Assembly (NCBI RefSeq): GCF_009914755.1
Contig: NC_060936.1
Length of the DNA stretch: 64,000 bases
Direction: 5' to 3' (one strand)
Origin: the human T2T-CHM13v2.0 reference genome, Homo sapiens
Under the pieces are notes generated by a model. That model had not been told where the DNA came from. It ran no database searches and saw only the letters and a list, made by a program, of their open reading frames with translations. Position numbers and translations under genes: made by a program. This document shows positions 51,518 through 64,000 of the stretch, in pieces (the stretch's first letter is position 1; every line of letters starts with the position of its first letter).

Positions 51518-53686
51518 CAGCTATTCTTATCTACTGAATGTTCTTTGTGTATAGTGGTGAGTCTAACAGGTCACCAGGGTTGGGGCAACTTTCTTTCTCT
51601 GATACCCATCCTGCATATACCTACAGTGTGTGATGATCAAGGGAATGATTGTCTTCAACTTCAGACTGGGCGCAATGTGGAAGACTTTTAAAAAAAAATC
51701 CTTATATACCTACCTTTGTGGGCCTTTTGTTGATCCATGGATTTAAATGACTGAATGGGGCTAAAATGAGACATTTGAAATATATAAGAGGCCAGTTACT
51801 CTTGCATAACTTTCCTTTATGCTCCCTTATCACATCTTTGGCTCTTATTTTACTCATTATCCTCCTTGACATTTCAAGGAGAATGAGTATATAGTGTACA
51901 AATCAACCCCTAGAGGAAGACTACCTTATTCAAATTGTACTTCTTAATTATGGAGAGAGAATATTATTTTATTTTATTAACTTACCTGTCCTCCAAAGGA
52001 TATAATATACTAAAAATTGCAGTTGAATATTGAGTATTTAAATATTGAATATTTAAATTGTGGGATTATTTGGAACCATGGCAAATAGGGAAGTGAACAC
52101 AGTTCTTTCTGTTAAGCAAAATGATTCTATAATACCCTAAGTCCCTAAATAGAATGACATTTTTTTCTCTTTACAAAAGATGCTGTGATTATTCTAAGGG
52201 AATTTTTTATAACTATATTATTTTTTAACTTTTCTGAAATCCCAACAAATGGTATGTTTCCACACAGGTAAGTTAGATTTATATCATCTAGTCACATTTT
52301 AAAAGGATTAAGCTTTTGTGCCTTACATAAATTAATCATTGTGGAATCTTTGGAAGACACTGTAAATCAAGGGTTAAAGCAATTCTAGTAAGCATTTTCC
52401 TTATATTTTGATAAAACTCAGAGCTTTATTTTCCTTTACTAATGTGCTAGTAATTTGCAGCTTCATAGTGACGAATACTGAATTGTAGGAGTAGTAGCAT
52501 CATCAGAGAATCTTACTTTTGCACAAGAAAGTTAGTTTGAAAATTTGAGACTTATTTAGAAGTTTTAAAAATATTTTTGTCTCAGCTTTTAAAAATACAT
52601 GGCTATTTATCCAGCATCTTAATACATGGTGTTTTCAACCAAGTAAATCTGTATTCATAACAGAGATTAAGAGATTTGGCTGATTTTTTTTTTCTTGGTG
52701 AATATGCCAACGGTCTGTTTTCTATAAGACATGTCTGTTTCAACTTATTATTTTGGTTATGAGTAGTTTAAACAGACATCTAAAAATAGAATATTTGCTA
52801 GAGTTCTTATAGAATGATTTAGAGTTTATAAATAGCATGAAAGATATTACTGAGAACTTGTTGATATAACATACAAAGCTAAACAGAGAGAAAGAAAAAA
52901 GATGATAATATTCTAAGCATCTCTAATAAGGAAGTGAGTGGGTGAAACATCATCAAATGCTGATTTGGTTTTCCTTGAAACAGTGGTAATATCTTTATAT
53001 TTATCTGACTTGAGTTCCAGCATTTACAGTATCCAATTAAGTATGCTCAGCCTCCCAAGTTTTATTACTTTTTATGCGTACTGCCTTGAGACTCTTGACT
53101 TACCTACTTTGACTTATACCTTTTCACATTAGGAGCGTGAACTTCCTGGGGGGCAGTTCTTTAATGTTTGAAGTTGCTCAGAGTTTCCATCTGCTTTTAC
53201 TTGACTTGTGGTCTTGAAGATCATGCTTGGCCCATGGGATATTACAGTGTGCCGAGAGGATGTGGAGTTTTGTCAGCCAGTGAAATATGTCTGGCCTTTT
53301 TTTCCTTTTTTCTTTTTCTTTCCTTTTTTTTTTTTTCAGCAGCTTTCATACACTCTTCATCCTGTGTGGTCTTCACTGAACCAAATTTATATTTAACAGA
53401 ACTACTCACCCTCTCTATCATCTTCTGTGACTTGGCCTTTTTAAGGAGAAGATGTGTGGAAGGAACGTCTGAGCCAAAAAATTGTTATCTTGGCAATAGG
53501 AAAATGTAAAAGCAAAAGCTGAAAGTAATGTTATATATAAATGTGCTTCAGTATTAACAAATACATATTTTGTAATTTAGGAGAATATCGTATTACAGTA
53601 TGTACAACTGTCAAAAATATTCTCGTGCCAACAGTAGATTCCCAAGTTTTGTCTGTGATCCAAATGACTTTTTTGCTTGTTTTCAG

Positions 53687-53794
53687 GCACTACTGCAGTC
53701 TTCAGTTAAGCAACAAGTAGAAGCTATTGAAAAACAGTACATTTCTGCAATTGAGAAACAGGCACACAAGTGTGAGGAGTTGCTAAATGCTCAG
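53687..53794 (+). CDS. CCDC91: Next internal coding exon of CCDC91 (108 bp, phase 0-0)
   Basis: Acceptor ttttgcttgttttcag ends at 53686; donor gtaata at 53795; 36 codons ALLQSSVKQQVEAIEKQYISAIEKQAHKCEELLNAQ (inside track ORF 53600..53839); coiled-coil-like composition. Confidence 0.93.
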
Positions 53795-54660
53795 GTAATA
53801 AAAGTGCACATCCATTATATATTTATACTTTTCCCCTGACTCTCTCCCCTGAGAGCTCTATAACTGTTTATTCAGTTCTGTTCCATTTACTTGGTGTATT
53901 TTGGAGAAAAAATATGCTTATGTAAACTCAAAGATTGAGAATTTTATGACAGACTCAAAATAGAACGTAAGACCTGAAATATGTGGGTCTCCCCCACATT
54001 AATGATTATTCTTGTGTTAATTTATGGGTTATAATATATTCTCCAAATAACAGAAGCAAAGAGATATCTATGAATGCATTATGGCGAGTAAATGATTTTT
54101 AGTGAGATAAGATTTATAAATAACATTTGAATTTTTAAAGCACCTATGTATGTTTATGTTACCTTTCATTCTGTACAGGCATTGGCTTCTATTTGAGTTT
54201 TTCTATTCAAATTTTTTTCTTTTCTTGATTTAATATCTTAGCTTAAATTATTCACTGCTTTACATTAAACAAAGCAGCTGAAGATTTATAGATGTGTCAT
54301 AGCATAAATAATGTATGTAAGAATTTCCTAGTAATATTTCTCAAAGATATAAAATTTGGAATGTGAAAATTAAATTGACTTCATATAGAGCATCTGTGTT
54401 ATATCATTGGAAGAAAATTTACTGAGAATTAAGAAATTAGGAGTAGAATTTAAATGGAGATTATAAATATACCACCTTATTCTCAAGATTGGGGTCAGTT
54501 CTATTAAGTATTTTTCAATGTCATTTTAATAAGTGGCTTGGAAGAGGAAATACACAGAGAAATACACAAATACAATTATACTGTTTTAGGTAGTGAAATA
54601 CCAGGCTGCCAGAGATATGAAATATAAAACTTTATGAATGGATAGAAACAGCATGAGGCA

Positions 54661-55700
54661 TATATTAGCCGGAATGGACTTGGTTGTGCCCTAAACTCTC
54701 TGGCTTCAAATAGCAAAAGTTTATATTTTACTCATGCTACATACTCATTGAGGTCTGTCTTGGGGCCCTGTCTCATGTTGTCCTCACCCTGGGAACTCTA
54801 CTGATATTGTAATTCCGACGTGGAACATTACCTGATACAATTTCGAAGTGAAAGAGAGCCGTGTTAGATTTGTATCTGTAATTAAATACTCTGGCCTGGA
54901 AATGACACATTCGATTTCAATTTATATCCACATGGTTCCACCCAATCACAATGGGGCCAGAGAGTGAGAGCCTACTATGAACTTAGAAGGGAGAGAACTG
55001 GAAATACTTAGTGAATAGCACAAATATACCACATTCTTTTCTTTTGTTCACCAAATAGTCAAAGTCTCTATCTCACAGGCAAATTAACCTATCTTGTCCT
55101 CCTGGGAGAAAATCTAAAAGTTCCATTCAGCCATGGCCTCAAGCTCAAAAGTCCAGGAACTCTGGGAAAATAGGAGGGGAATAGTGTGCTGTATTCTCTC
55201 CATTATCAGGTCCAGATGTGGTCCCTTTTGACCTGAAGAAGTAGAACTAAAATCTAAATTGTTTATTCCCAACATGCCTAGTATACAGTGGTGAGACAAA
55301 GGTAGGGTATTTACTGTAAACATTTTCAATAGGAAAGGTGAAAAATTAGAGACACACAGCTATCATTAGTATGTAACAACTTTAAAATCTCACTGGATAG
55401 ATTAAATAAGAGCCTCTGCCCACGAGTAGGGATTGCTCTTTCATTTCCCATGATTATCTTTTCAGAGTTTTTTTTGACAGCGTTCCTAGTCTGTTGCTCT
55501 TTGGGGTCTTGTAGGTTTTTTATTTTTCAGTATCTTTGTTTACTATATTTCAAATGGATTTTGAAGATTATACCATTTCTGAACCTGCTTCCTGTCTACA
55601 AAATATTGGGAGCCCAGGGGTCGTTTTAAGTAGCAAATAGTTACAGTTAAGGGTAATGATTCCTTTGGTATCTTGTCCTTTATAGTAGTCAGCTCTGTTA
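54661..55700 (-). mobile_element. Ancient MLT1 (J/K/L-like) LTR with adjoining internal sequence
   Basis: tatattag...ggcttcaaatagcaaaagtttat...gaagggagagaactggaaata, then MaLR-int-like atcaggtccagatgtgg; right boundary approximate. Confidence 0.55.
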
Positions 55701-56264
55701 AGGCCGTATCCACAGTTGTTTTAGAGAACTACTTTGTATTTTTTTTTCTTTTTGAAATTTTTTTTTTTTTTACTAGCCTGCCTTTGTAAAGTTAGAGAAC
55801 CGCTTTCTAAATTTAATATGTTTATATGCTTTGAACCTCATATTTGTCTGTCTGTCTCTCCTATTTTATTGCAGAGATATGTTCATTTTATCAAACTAGG
55901 GTGGAAGAAATCTTGTCTCTTTTCCCTAAACCATATAGCCTAAAACAGCCATAGCTTTATTTTATCTGTGCTTGGAGGCACTTTATTGAGTTTTTAATAG
56001 TGAGTGTGGCTGACATACTTAGTTTACTACTTGCTGCAAGGCCAAATGTAGTTGGTATTTGTTGCTGAAAGCCTTCTCAGTTGTTTCTTAAGTGGTTGTG
56101 CATGCAAGTCTTCAGATTTCTGTACTTTTCTATTTCCTGTGATTTGATGCTTGAGAATTTTCTTTTTTCTATGAATTCGGTGTTGAGCTTGTCTTTTTCT
56201 TATAATGCCTTCTCAAAAGTGGCCTATTATGGAGTTATTAAAAGGATTCAGCCAAGTTACAGAT

Positions 56265-56485
56265 TAAAAGATTAACACATGAAAATCAGTGTGTTTCTAC
56301 ACACCAGAAATGACAAATTGGAAAGGAAGTTAAGAAAGCAGTTTCATTTACAATAGTATCTACGTTTAACCAAGGTGATAAGAAACTTGTATTCTACAAG
56401 CTACAAAACATTGCTGAAAGAAATTTAAAATGACGTAACGAAATGGAAAGATATCCCCTGTTTGTTGATTGGATATACTTGGTGA
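56265..56485 (+). mobile_element. L1M ORF2 fragment
   Basis: ctacaaaacattgctgaaagaaatt...aaatggaaagatatccc. Confidence 0.75.
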
Positions 56486-56564
56486 AGAACACCCCAGGAC
56501 GTTTATAGGATTATAAGCGGTTCAGTATGATGCTTTTTAAGTGCTACTTAAAAAGCAAAGATTA

Positions 56565-56887
<323 letters not shown>

Positions 56888-57088
56888 TTAGTATGTATTA
56901 ATAACATCATGTAACATATAGAAATGGTGACTCCACATTTGTTTTTCAAATTATATTTCTTAAGATGCCATTTGAAATGAAATTAGTACCTTCAGTTTAA
57001 CAACAGCAGAAATGTCTTTGAGAAAAGCGCAAATCTAATAGCTGGATGGTTCCTTAGGAATCATTTGGTTCAACCTTTTCTGTTTCTT

Positions 57089-57089
<1 letters not shown>

Positions 57090-57138
<49 letters not shown>
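57090..57138. repeat. (CT)24 microsatellite
   Basis: Direct read. Confidence 0.95.
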
Positions 57139-57140
<2 letters not shown>

Positions 57141-57174
57141 CCTTTTTCAGATTAAGAATTTCAGTTAATTCTAA

Positions 57175-57405
57175 AGCAGAATAATTAGAAGCCTGCACTC
57201 TAGAGTCAGACTATATGAATTGATCCCTGGCTTTGTCACTTAGGGCAAGTCTCTTAATCTCTCTGTGCCTCATTTTTTTCCTCTATGGATGAGATACACA
57301 AGTAATTACTACCTCATAGTACTATTATATGTATTATATGACATCAGATGTGCAATAGTGCTTAGATTAGAGCTTGACATATTCTGGGTGTTTATTGGCT
57401 GCATT
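57175..57405 (+). mobile_element. MIR fragment
   Basis: ctctagagtcagact...gggcaagtctcttaatctctctgtgcctca. Confidence 0.75.
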
Positions 57406-57574
57406 ATCTTTGTAATTCTTAGCTAAGACTGTTTGTATAGCTAGTATCAGAACCAGGGCTGGGATTCAGGTTTTCTAATTTCTAGTCTTTAGAAGAAAAG
57501 TTTGTTACTGGTATTTCATATGTTGTCTTGTCAAAGAACCTTTACTTTTTACAAAATTTACTTTGGTGTCACTG

Positions 57575-58265
57575 TTGTATATGAATACTAGACCAACCTT
57601 TTCTTCCTCTGTACTGTTTCAACTTACACTTTTGACACCAGATGTGTGGGAGTTTTCTGCATCAACAACCAGTTCTCCAACTGCCTGGACACCAAATCGG
57701 TGTTCTACAATTCAATTCCATTCTGACACTAACTCATCAAAGTTAACGTTCGACTTCACAAGTTTAACAGCTCAGTCCCAGAAGACTGACCTCACTTCAG
57801 ATGCCAGTTGCAAGTATTAGGTCCCCAGGGTACCCACACTTTCCTCTGACTTGACTACAGTGTTATGAGTTTCCACAACTGGTCTCCCCTTCCAGTTTGA
57901 TAATTTGCTAGAATGGCTCACAGAACTCGGGGAAACATTTTACTTACGTTTCTTGGTTTGTCATAAAGGATACAACTCAGGAATGGACAGATGGAAGAAA
58001 TACATAGGACAAGTTATGGGGAAGGAAGGAGCCTGGTACAGAGATCCTAAAATCTTGGAATTTTCAGGGTGATAAGAGTATCTGTGGTAGCTTCGAGATC
58101 AGCATGGGGGCTATCATCAGAAAAACCGAGGAATGAATAAAGGGTTGAAACTTTCAGCCTCATCCCTCCAGCATCCAATGGCTTAATAAGTTACACCTAT
58201 ATAATGAAACTCCTAAATGAAGGAGTTCAGAAAGCTTCTGGGTTGCTGAATACATAGAAGTGCTG
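57575..58265. mobile_element. MER21/MER77-like LTR
   Basis: gacaccagatgtgtggg...caattcaattccattctgacact...gataatttgctagaatggctcacagaactc. Confidence 0.7.
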
Positions 58266-58339
58266 TGCTTTATGACACTGTACAAAGACCAGTGTATTTC
58301 TTAGTGTATCACAGTCCCTCTCTCCTCTTTATTTAATGA

Positions 58340-59045
58340 GGGACTTTTGTATGACATGGCACTCGGCTTGGTTATAGGAACGTAACAGTGAGAGAGGGAG
58401 TGAGACATAGTTCTTCTAGTAAGCAGTAGAACAGATGATATAATTTTAAAATCATATAAGTTAGGATGGAATAAATAGTAATACAAAACTACATTCAAGG
58501 GCATAAAGTTCCATAGTATTAGGTGAAGGAAGACTTATAGGACTAATGATGAGTTCTCTCAAAGTTAAGGCATCTAAGTGAGGTCAGAACTGAGAGATTA
58601 GCACGAAAGAGGCAGATGGAATTGCATATTAAAAATCTTTCATTTGAGAAAATATAAGTGTTAAGGGTAAGACCGTATGAGGGTGCTAAATGAAAAATGA
58701 CTATATTTCATAGGAAGGATCATAAAGGACCTTACCTGCCACATTGTCTGAAAGAACATTGGGTGCTATTAAAAGGGATTATCTAGAGAAGTGACATTTG
58801 TTCAGATTTGCATTTTAGAAATACTACTGTGGCTAAAGTATAAAAATTGATCGGAGGGAATATTAGTAGCATGTAAAATAGTTAAACAGCTATTTTAGCT
58901 ACCCAAATGAGAATGTTGGTAGCCCAAACTAAAGTGTGTGGGTAAGAATAGAGAGATTTTGATGGTTTTGAGTGATATTAAGGGAAGAGAAACCGGAGAC
59001 TTTGTGGGAATACAAGAGCAGCAGTAGATGCTCATTGATAAAGGA

Positions 59046-59080
<35 letters not shown>

Positions 59081-59770
59081 CATGTGTGTGTGTGTTTGTG
59101 ACACAAACACATATATTTTATATATATAAGTATGTTTTTATGTAATAGAATATATTTTTCTGTATGGGGTCCAAATTTTTGGTTTTGGCAATTCACTGAA
59201 ATAGGCAACTTAAGACACGAAGCATGGTTTGGGTTGAAAATTTTTAGTTTTGGATATGTTGAGTTTATATTGCCTGTGCAAGATGCCAGAGCTGTCAGAC
59301 AGTTGAATCCAGGGTGGAGAACTTACGAGAAAGCTGGTAATAGATGAATTTGAAAGTCATGTAAGTATATAGTCCTAAGTATATAGATGGTCATTGAAAG
59401 TGTATCTATGGATGAGATCAGAGAATATATAAAATGAGAAAATAATTCAACTTTGAGAGACCTTAACATATAAGGGATAGGCTAAGACAGCTCATGAAGG
59501 AAACTCTCTGGAAAGAAAGATAGTAGGAAACCCAGAAATACAGAGCATTTTGCAAAGAGAGAGTTGCTAACATTTTCAAAGTTTGCAGAATAAACAAGAT
59601 AAGGACACATAAATGACCATTTCATATGGCAACAAGAAAGTATCACTAACAAGAGTAGTTTCAACGGAGTGGTGGAAGAACAAAGTAGATTACAGGATGA
59701 GAAGTAAATGAAAGGTGAAAGTAAAGAAACAGATGACAAGTCTTTGAGGAGCTTAGATGATAAAAGTAAG
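58340..59770. mobile_element. L2 relic pieces
   Basis: agtgacatttgttcagatttgcattttagaaa and tttagttttggatatgttgagttt; boundaries approximate. Confidence 0.6.
59049..59095. repeat. Interrupted (TG)n microsatellite
   Basis: Direct read. Confidence 0.9.
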
Positions 59771-60439
59771 AGACAACACTGTAGGTAGAGGGACCTATGA
59801 AGTGGAAACATTTTTATTTGTTGGTTTCCCTTGTATTTCGGCCTAGAAGTAGAGCTCATTTAAATGTATGGGCGAGAGCCCCAGTCTAGAAAGATTAAAA
59901 AAAAAAAATTGATGGAGTGGAGTCCTAAGAAGGAAGCAATGAGTGGAGACTAACCTGTCTTAGGTAAGCAAATATTTTGAGGGGCCTATGTGTGTATGCA
60001 GTGGGGTATACATGTGTATAGATGTAAATATAATTTTAAATACTATTTGTATCTTTGATTATAGCATTTATGAATTTTTTTTGAGTTACTTTCCATCACT
60101 ACTTATAAAATCCAAATTCCTATAAAGGATAAGTACAATATGCTATTTATAATTCCTTAAGTGCTATTAATAGATATATATAAAATGCTACCAATACACA
60201 TAAGATAGAGACACTATCTGTATTATTATGTTGCCCTTAACCTTTTATTAAAAAAGAAAACCAAGCCTGGCTTTTGCCCATAATGCCTTGTCAAAAATAA
60301 CCGATAGCAACCCACACACATTTTAAACATATTCCTGTTTATTCCCTTAGAGTTACAAGTACTTTGTTGAATTGAGTGCTAGAATATAAATTCCATGAGA
60401 GCTAGGTTATATATTTATTCTGTATTCCCCAAATCTATC

Positions 60440-61405
60440 AACTTTTTGGAGTGAGCTCTACATAAAATTAAATGTACTCATTCTATAGAAATATATACAC
60501 TCATATATCTATCATCAACAATCAAGATATAGAACATTTCTATCAACACAAGAAGTTCTCTTATCCTTTATAATTACCTTCCTTCTATAAACTCTGGATC
60601 CTGACAACCCACTAATCTATAGTCTGTCTATTGATTTGTTTCATTTTTTCTGTTATTTCATATAGAATGAATTATATGGTATCTATTCTTGTATGTCTAG
60701 GTGCTTCTTGTGTGTCTAGATTTTTTTGAGATTCATCCATATAGTCACATGTATTAATAATTTATACCCTTTGATTGCTAAGTAGTATTCTATTGTATGG
60801 AAACGTAGCATTTTGTTTATTCATTCACTTATTAAATATTTAGATTGCTTAAATTTGGGGCTGCTTTAAATGTTTGCATATAAACTGTGTGGGGATATAT
60901 ATGTTTTTATTTTTGTTTGTAAATATCTAGGTAAGGAATTGCTGTGTCATATGGTAAGTATATGTTTAACTTTAAAACCAACTGCCAAAATTTTTTCCAA
61001 AGTTTTATTATATTTGACATTCTCACTATCAATGTATGAGAATTCTCTTTGATCTGCTCTCTCAGCACTTGGTATTGTCCATCTTTTTCACTTTAGCCAG
61101 CTTTGGGGGAATGGGGTGTGGTATTTCATCTCATTGCACTTATTTGGCTGTTGAAGGTTAACATCTTTTCATGTGCTTTTTATTTGTACATTTTCTTTGT
61201 AAAGTGTATATTCAAATCTTTTTGCTTATTTTATTATGTTGTCTACTTTCGTAAATATTCATGAGTTTTTCATAAATTCCAGATACAAATCCTTTGACAG
61301 ATATGTGCACTACAAATATTTTTTCATAGTTTCTGTCTTCCTTTTCACTTTTTGGATGGTATCATTAGACAAACAAAGCTTTTTAATTTTTATTTCAAAT
61401 TTATC
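60440..61405 (-). mobile_element. Old L1M 3' portion
   Basis: atcaagatatagaacatttc...tttttgagattcatccat...gtagtattctattgtatgg. Confidence 0.75.
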
Positions 61406-61407
61406 AT

Positions 61408-64000
61408 TGTTATTAGTCAGCTCTCACACTACTATGAAGAAATACCCAAGATTGGGTAATTTATAAAGAAAAGAGATTTAACTGACAGTTCTGCATGGCT
61501 GGGGAGGTTTATTAGTCTGTTTTCACCCTGCTAATAAAGACATTCCTGAGTCTGGGTAATTTATAAATGAAAGAGGTTTAATTGACTCACATTTCAGGAA
61601 ACTTACAATCATAGCAGAAGGGGAAGCAAACATGTCCTTCTTCACATGACAGCAGCAAGGAGAAATACCGAGCAAAGGGGGAAAAGCCCCTTTAAAACCA
61701 TCAGATCTTGTGAGAACTCAACTATCATGAGAACAGCATGAGGGTAACTGCCACCATGATTTCCTCCCACTGGGTTTCTCCTGCAACACTTGGGGATTAT
61801 GGGAACCAAAATTCAAGATGAGATTTGGGTAGAGACACAGCCAAACCATATCATTTCACCCTGACCACTCCCAAATCTCTTGACTTCACATTTCAAAACC
61901 CAATCATGCCCTTCTAACAGTCCTGCAAAGTCATAACTCATTCCAGCATTAACTCAAGAGTCCAAGTCCAAAGCCTCATTTGAGACAAGGCAGATCCCTT
62001 CTGCCTATGAGCCTGTAGAATCAAAAGCAAGTTAGTTACTTCCTAGATACAATGGAGATACAGACATTGGATAGATGCACTTATTCCAAATGGGAGAAAT
62101 TGGCAAAAATAAAGGGGCTACAGGCCCCATGCAAGCCAGAAATCCAATAGGGCAGTCATTAAACCTTAAAATTCCATAATGATCTTTGACTCCATGTCTC
62201 ACATCCAGCTCACACTGATGCAAAAGGTGGGCTCCAAAGGCCTTGGGAAGCTCTACTCCTATGGCTTTGCAGGGTACAGGCCTCCTCCTGGCTGCTTTCA
62301 TGGGCAGGCATTGAGTGTGGCTTTTCCAGGCGCACAGTGTAAGCTGTTGGTGGAACTACTATTTTGGGGCCTGGAGGATGGTAGCCCTCTTCTCACAGTT
62401 CTACTAGGCAGTACCTCAGAGGGGACTGTGTGTGGGGGCTCTGACCCCACAGTTTCCTTCCTCACTGCCCTAGCAGAGGTTCTCCATCATGGGTCCACCC
62501 CTGCAGCAAACTTCTCTGCCTGGACATCCAGGCATTTCCATACATCCTCTGAAATCTAGGTGGAAGTTCCCAAACCTCGATTCTTGATTTCTGTGCACCT
62601 GCATGCTCAATACCACATGCCAAGGCTTGGGGCTTGCACCTTCTGAAGCAATAGCATGAGCTGTACGTTGGCCCCTTTTAGTCATGGCTGGAGCTGAAGC
62701 AGCTGGGATGCAGGGCACCATGTCCTGAGGTCTCTCCACACCCCCACCCCCACCCCCACCCTAGGACTGGCCCAGGAAACTATTTTTCCCCCCTAGGCCT
62801 CCAGGTCTGTGATGAGAGGGACTGCTGTGAAGACCTCTGACATGCCCTGGAGATATTTTCCCCATTGTCTTGGCAAGTAACATTTGGCTCCTTGTTACTT
62901 ATGCAAATTTCTGCTGCAGGCTTGAATTTCTCCTTAGAAAATGGGTTTTTCTTTTCTGTCACATTGTCAGACTGCAAATTTTCCCAACTTTTATGCTCTA
63001 CTTCCCTTTTAAACATAAGTTTCAATTCCAAACCATATCTTTGTGAATATATAAAACTGAATGCTTTTAACAGCACCCAAGTCACCACTTGAATGCTTTG
63101 CTGCTTAGAAATTTCTTCCACTAGATATGCTAAATCATCTCTCTCAAATTCAAAGTTCCACAAATCTCTAGGGCAGGGACAAAATGCCGCCAGTCTCTTT
63201 GCATAGCAAGAGTGACCTTTGCCCCAGTTCCCAACAAGTTCATCATCTCCATCTGAGACCACCTTAGCCTGGACTTATTGTCCATATCACTATCAGCATT
63301 TTGGTCAAAGCCATTAAGTAAGTCTCTCAGAAGTTCCAAACTTTCCCACATCTTCCTGGCTCCTGAGTCCTCTAAGCCTTTAGGAAGTTCCAAACTTTCC
63401 CACATTTTCCTATCTTCCTCTGAGCTCTCCAAATGGTTCCAATCTCTGCCTGTTACTCAGTTCCAAAGTCACTTCCACATTTTCGGGTATCTTTACAGCA
63501 GTACCCACTCTCTGTGGTACCAATTTACAGTATTAGTTCGTTTCATGCTGCTAATACAGACATACCCAAGACTGGGTAATTTATAAAGGAAAGAGGTTTA
63601 ATTGACTCACAGTTCAGCACGATTGCGGAGGCCTCAGGAAACTAACAATCATGGTGGAAGGGGAAACAAACATGTCCTTCCTCACATGACAGCAACAAGG
63701 AGAAGTGCCAAGAAAAAGTGGGAAAAGCCCCTTATAAAACCATCAGTTCTAATGAGAACTCCCTATCACAAGAACAGTATAAGGATAACTGCCCCCATGA
63801 TTAAATTACCTCCCATAAGGTACCTCCCACGACATGTGGGGATTATGGGAACTACAATTCAAGATAAGATTTGGGTGGGGACACCATATCAGGAGGCCTC
63901 AGGAAACTTAAAATCATGGCAGAGGAGCTGCTTCACAGGGCAACAGGAAAGAGAATAAGTGCTGAGGGAAGAGGGAAGCCTCTTATAAAACCATCAGATC
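61408..64000 (-). mobile_element. Host THE1-type LTR split by a second THE1 provirus (host parts 61408-61507 and 63892-64000)
   Basis: gcatggctggggagg and cctcaggaaactt are contiguous in THE1/MST LTRs and flank the insert; runs off the window. Confidence 0.85.
61508..63891 (-). mobile_element. Full-length THE1 (B/C-like) provirus (LTR-int-LTR)
   Basis: LTRs 61508-61853 and 63529-63891; 5 bp TSD ggagg (61503-61507 and 63892-63896). Confidence 0.93.

Noticed and set aside
52036-52058. Perfect 11 bp inverted repeat atttaaatatt-g-aatatttaaat
   Set aside because: A/T-only arms in very AT-rich DNA; plausible by chance
53600-53839. 79 aa ORF as a stand-alone gene
   Set aside because: Only 53687-53794 is exon; the flanks are in-frame intron
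62032-63586. Cluster of 75-160 aa ORFs (also 31368-33093)
   Set aside because: Broken frames of MaLR internal sequence

Overview
Primate (very likely human) AT-rich, repeat-dense intronic DNA. It holds two short + strand coding exons, 24832-24909 (78 bp, EKHKQELEDMRKAGHEALSIIVDEYK) and 53687-53794 (108 bp, ALLQSSVKQQ...EELLNAQ). Both have canonical AG/GT ends, are phase 0, and join in frame into a coiled-coil stretch I recognise from memory as CCDC91 (p56, GGA-binding partner). The rest is intron: seven Alus, L1 fragments of several ages, L2/MIR relics, three two-LTR MaLR proviruses, an LTR1 solo LTR, a MER21-like LTR with an attached ERVL integrase remnant, Tigger1 and small DNA transposons, and micro/minisatellites. 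Nearly all ORFs in the track are repeat-derived or chance ORFs. I see no evidence for a new gene system. The most notable observations are retrotransposition signatures readable from target-site duplications (TSDs): a probable L1 3' transduction, an L1 fragment with a TSD but no 3' end, a twin-primed inverted L1, and a THE1 nested in a THE1. Also notable are inverted Alus bracketing each symmetric exon, a strong decoy splice acceptor, and two young tandem duplications. Repeat subfamily names come from recalled consensus sequences; boundaries without a TSD are approximate.
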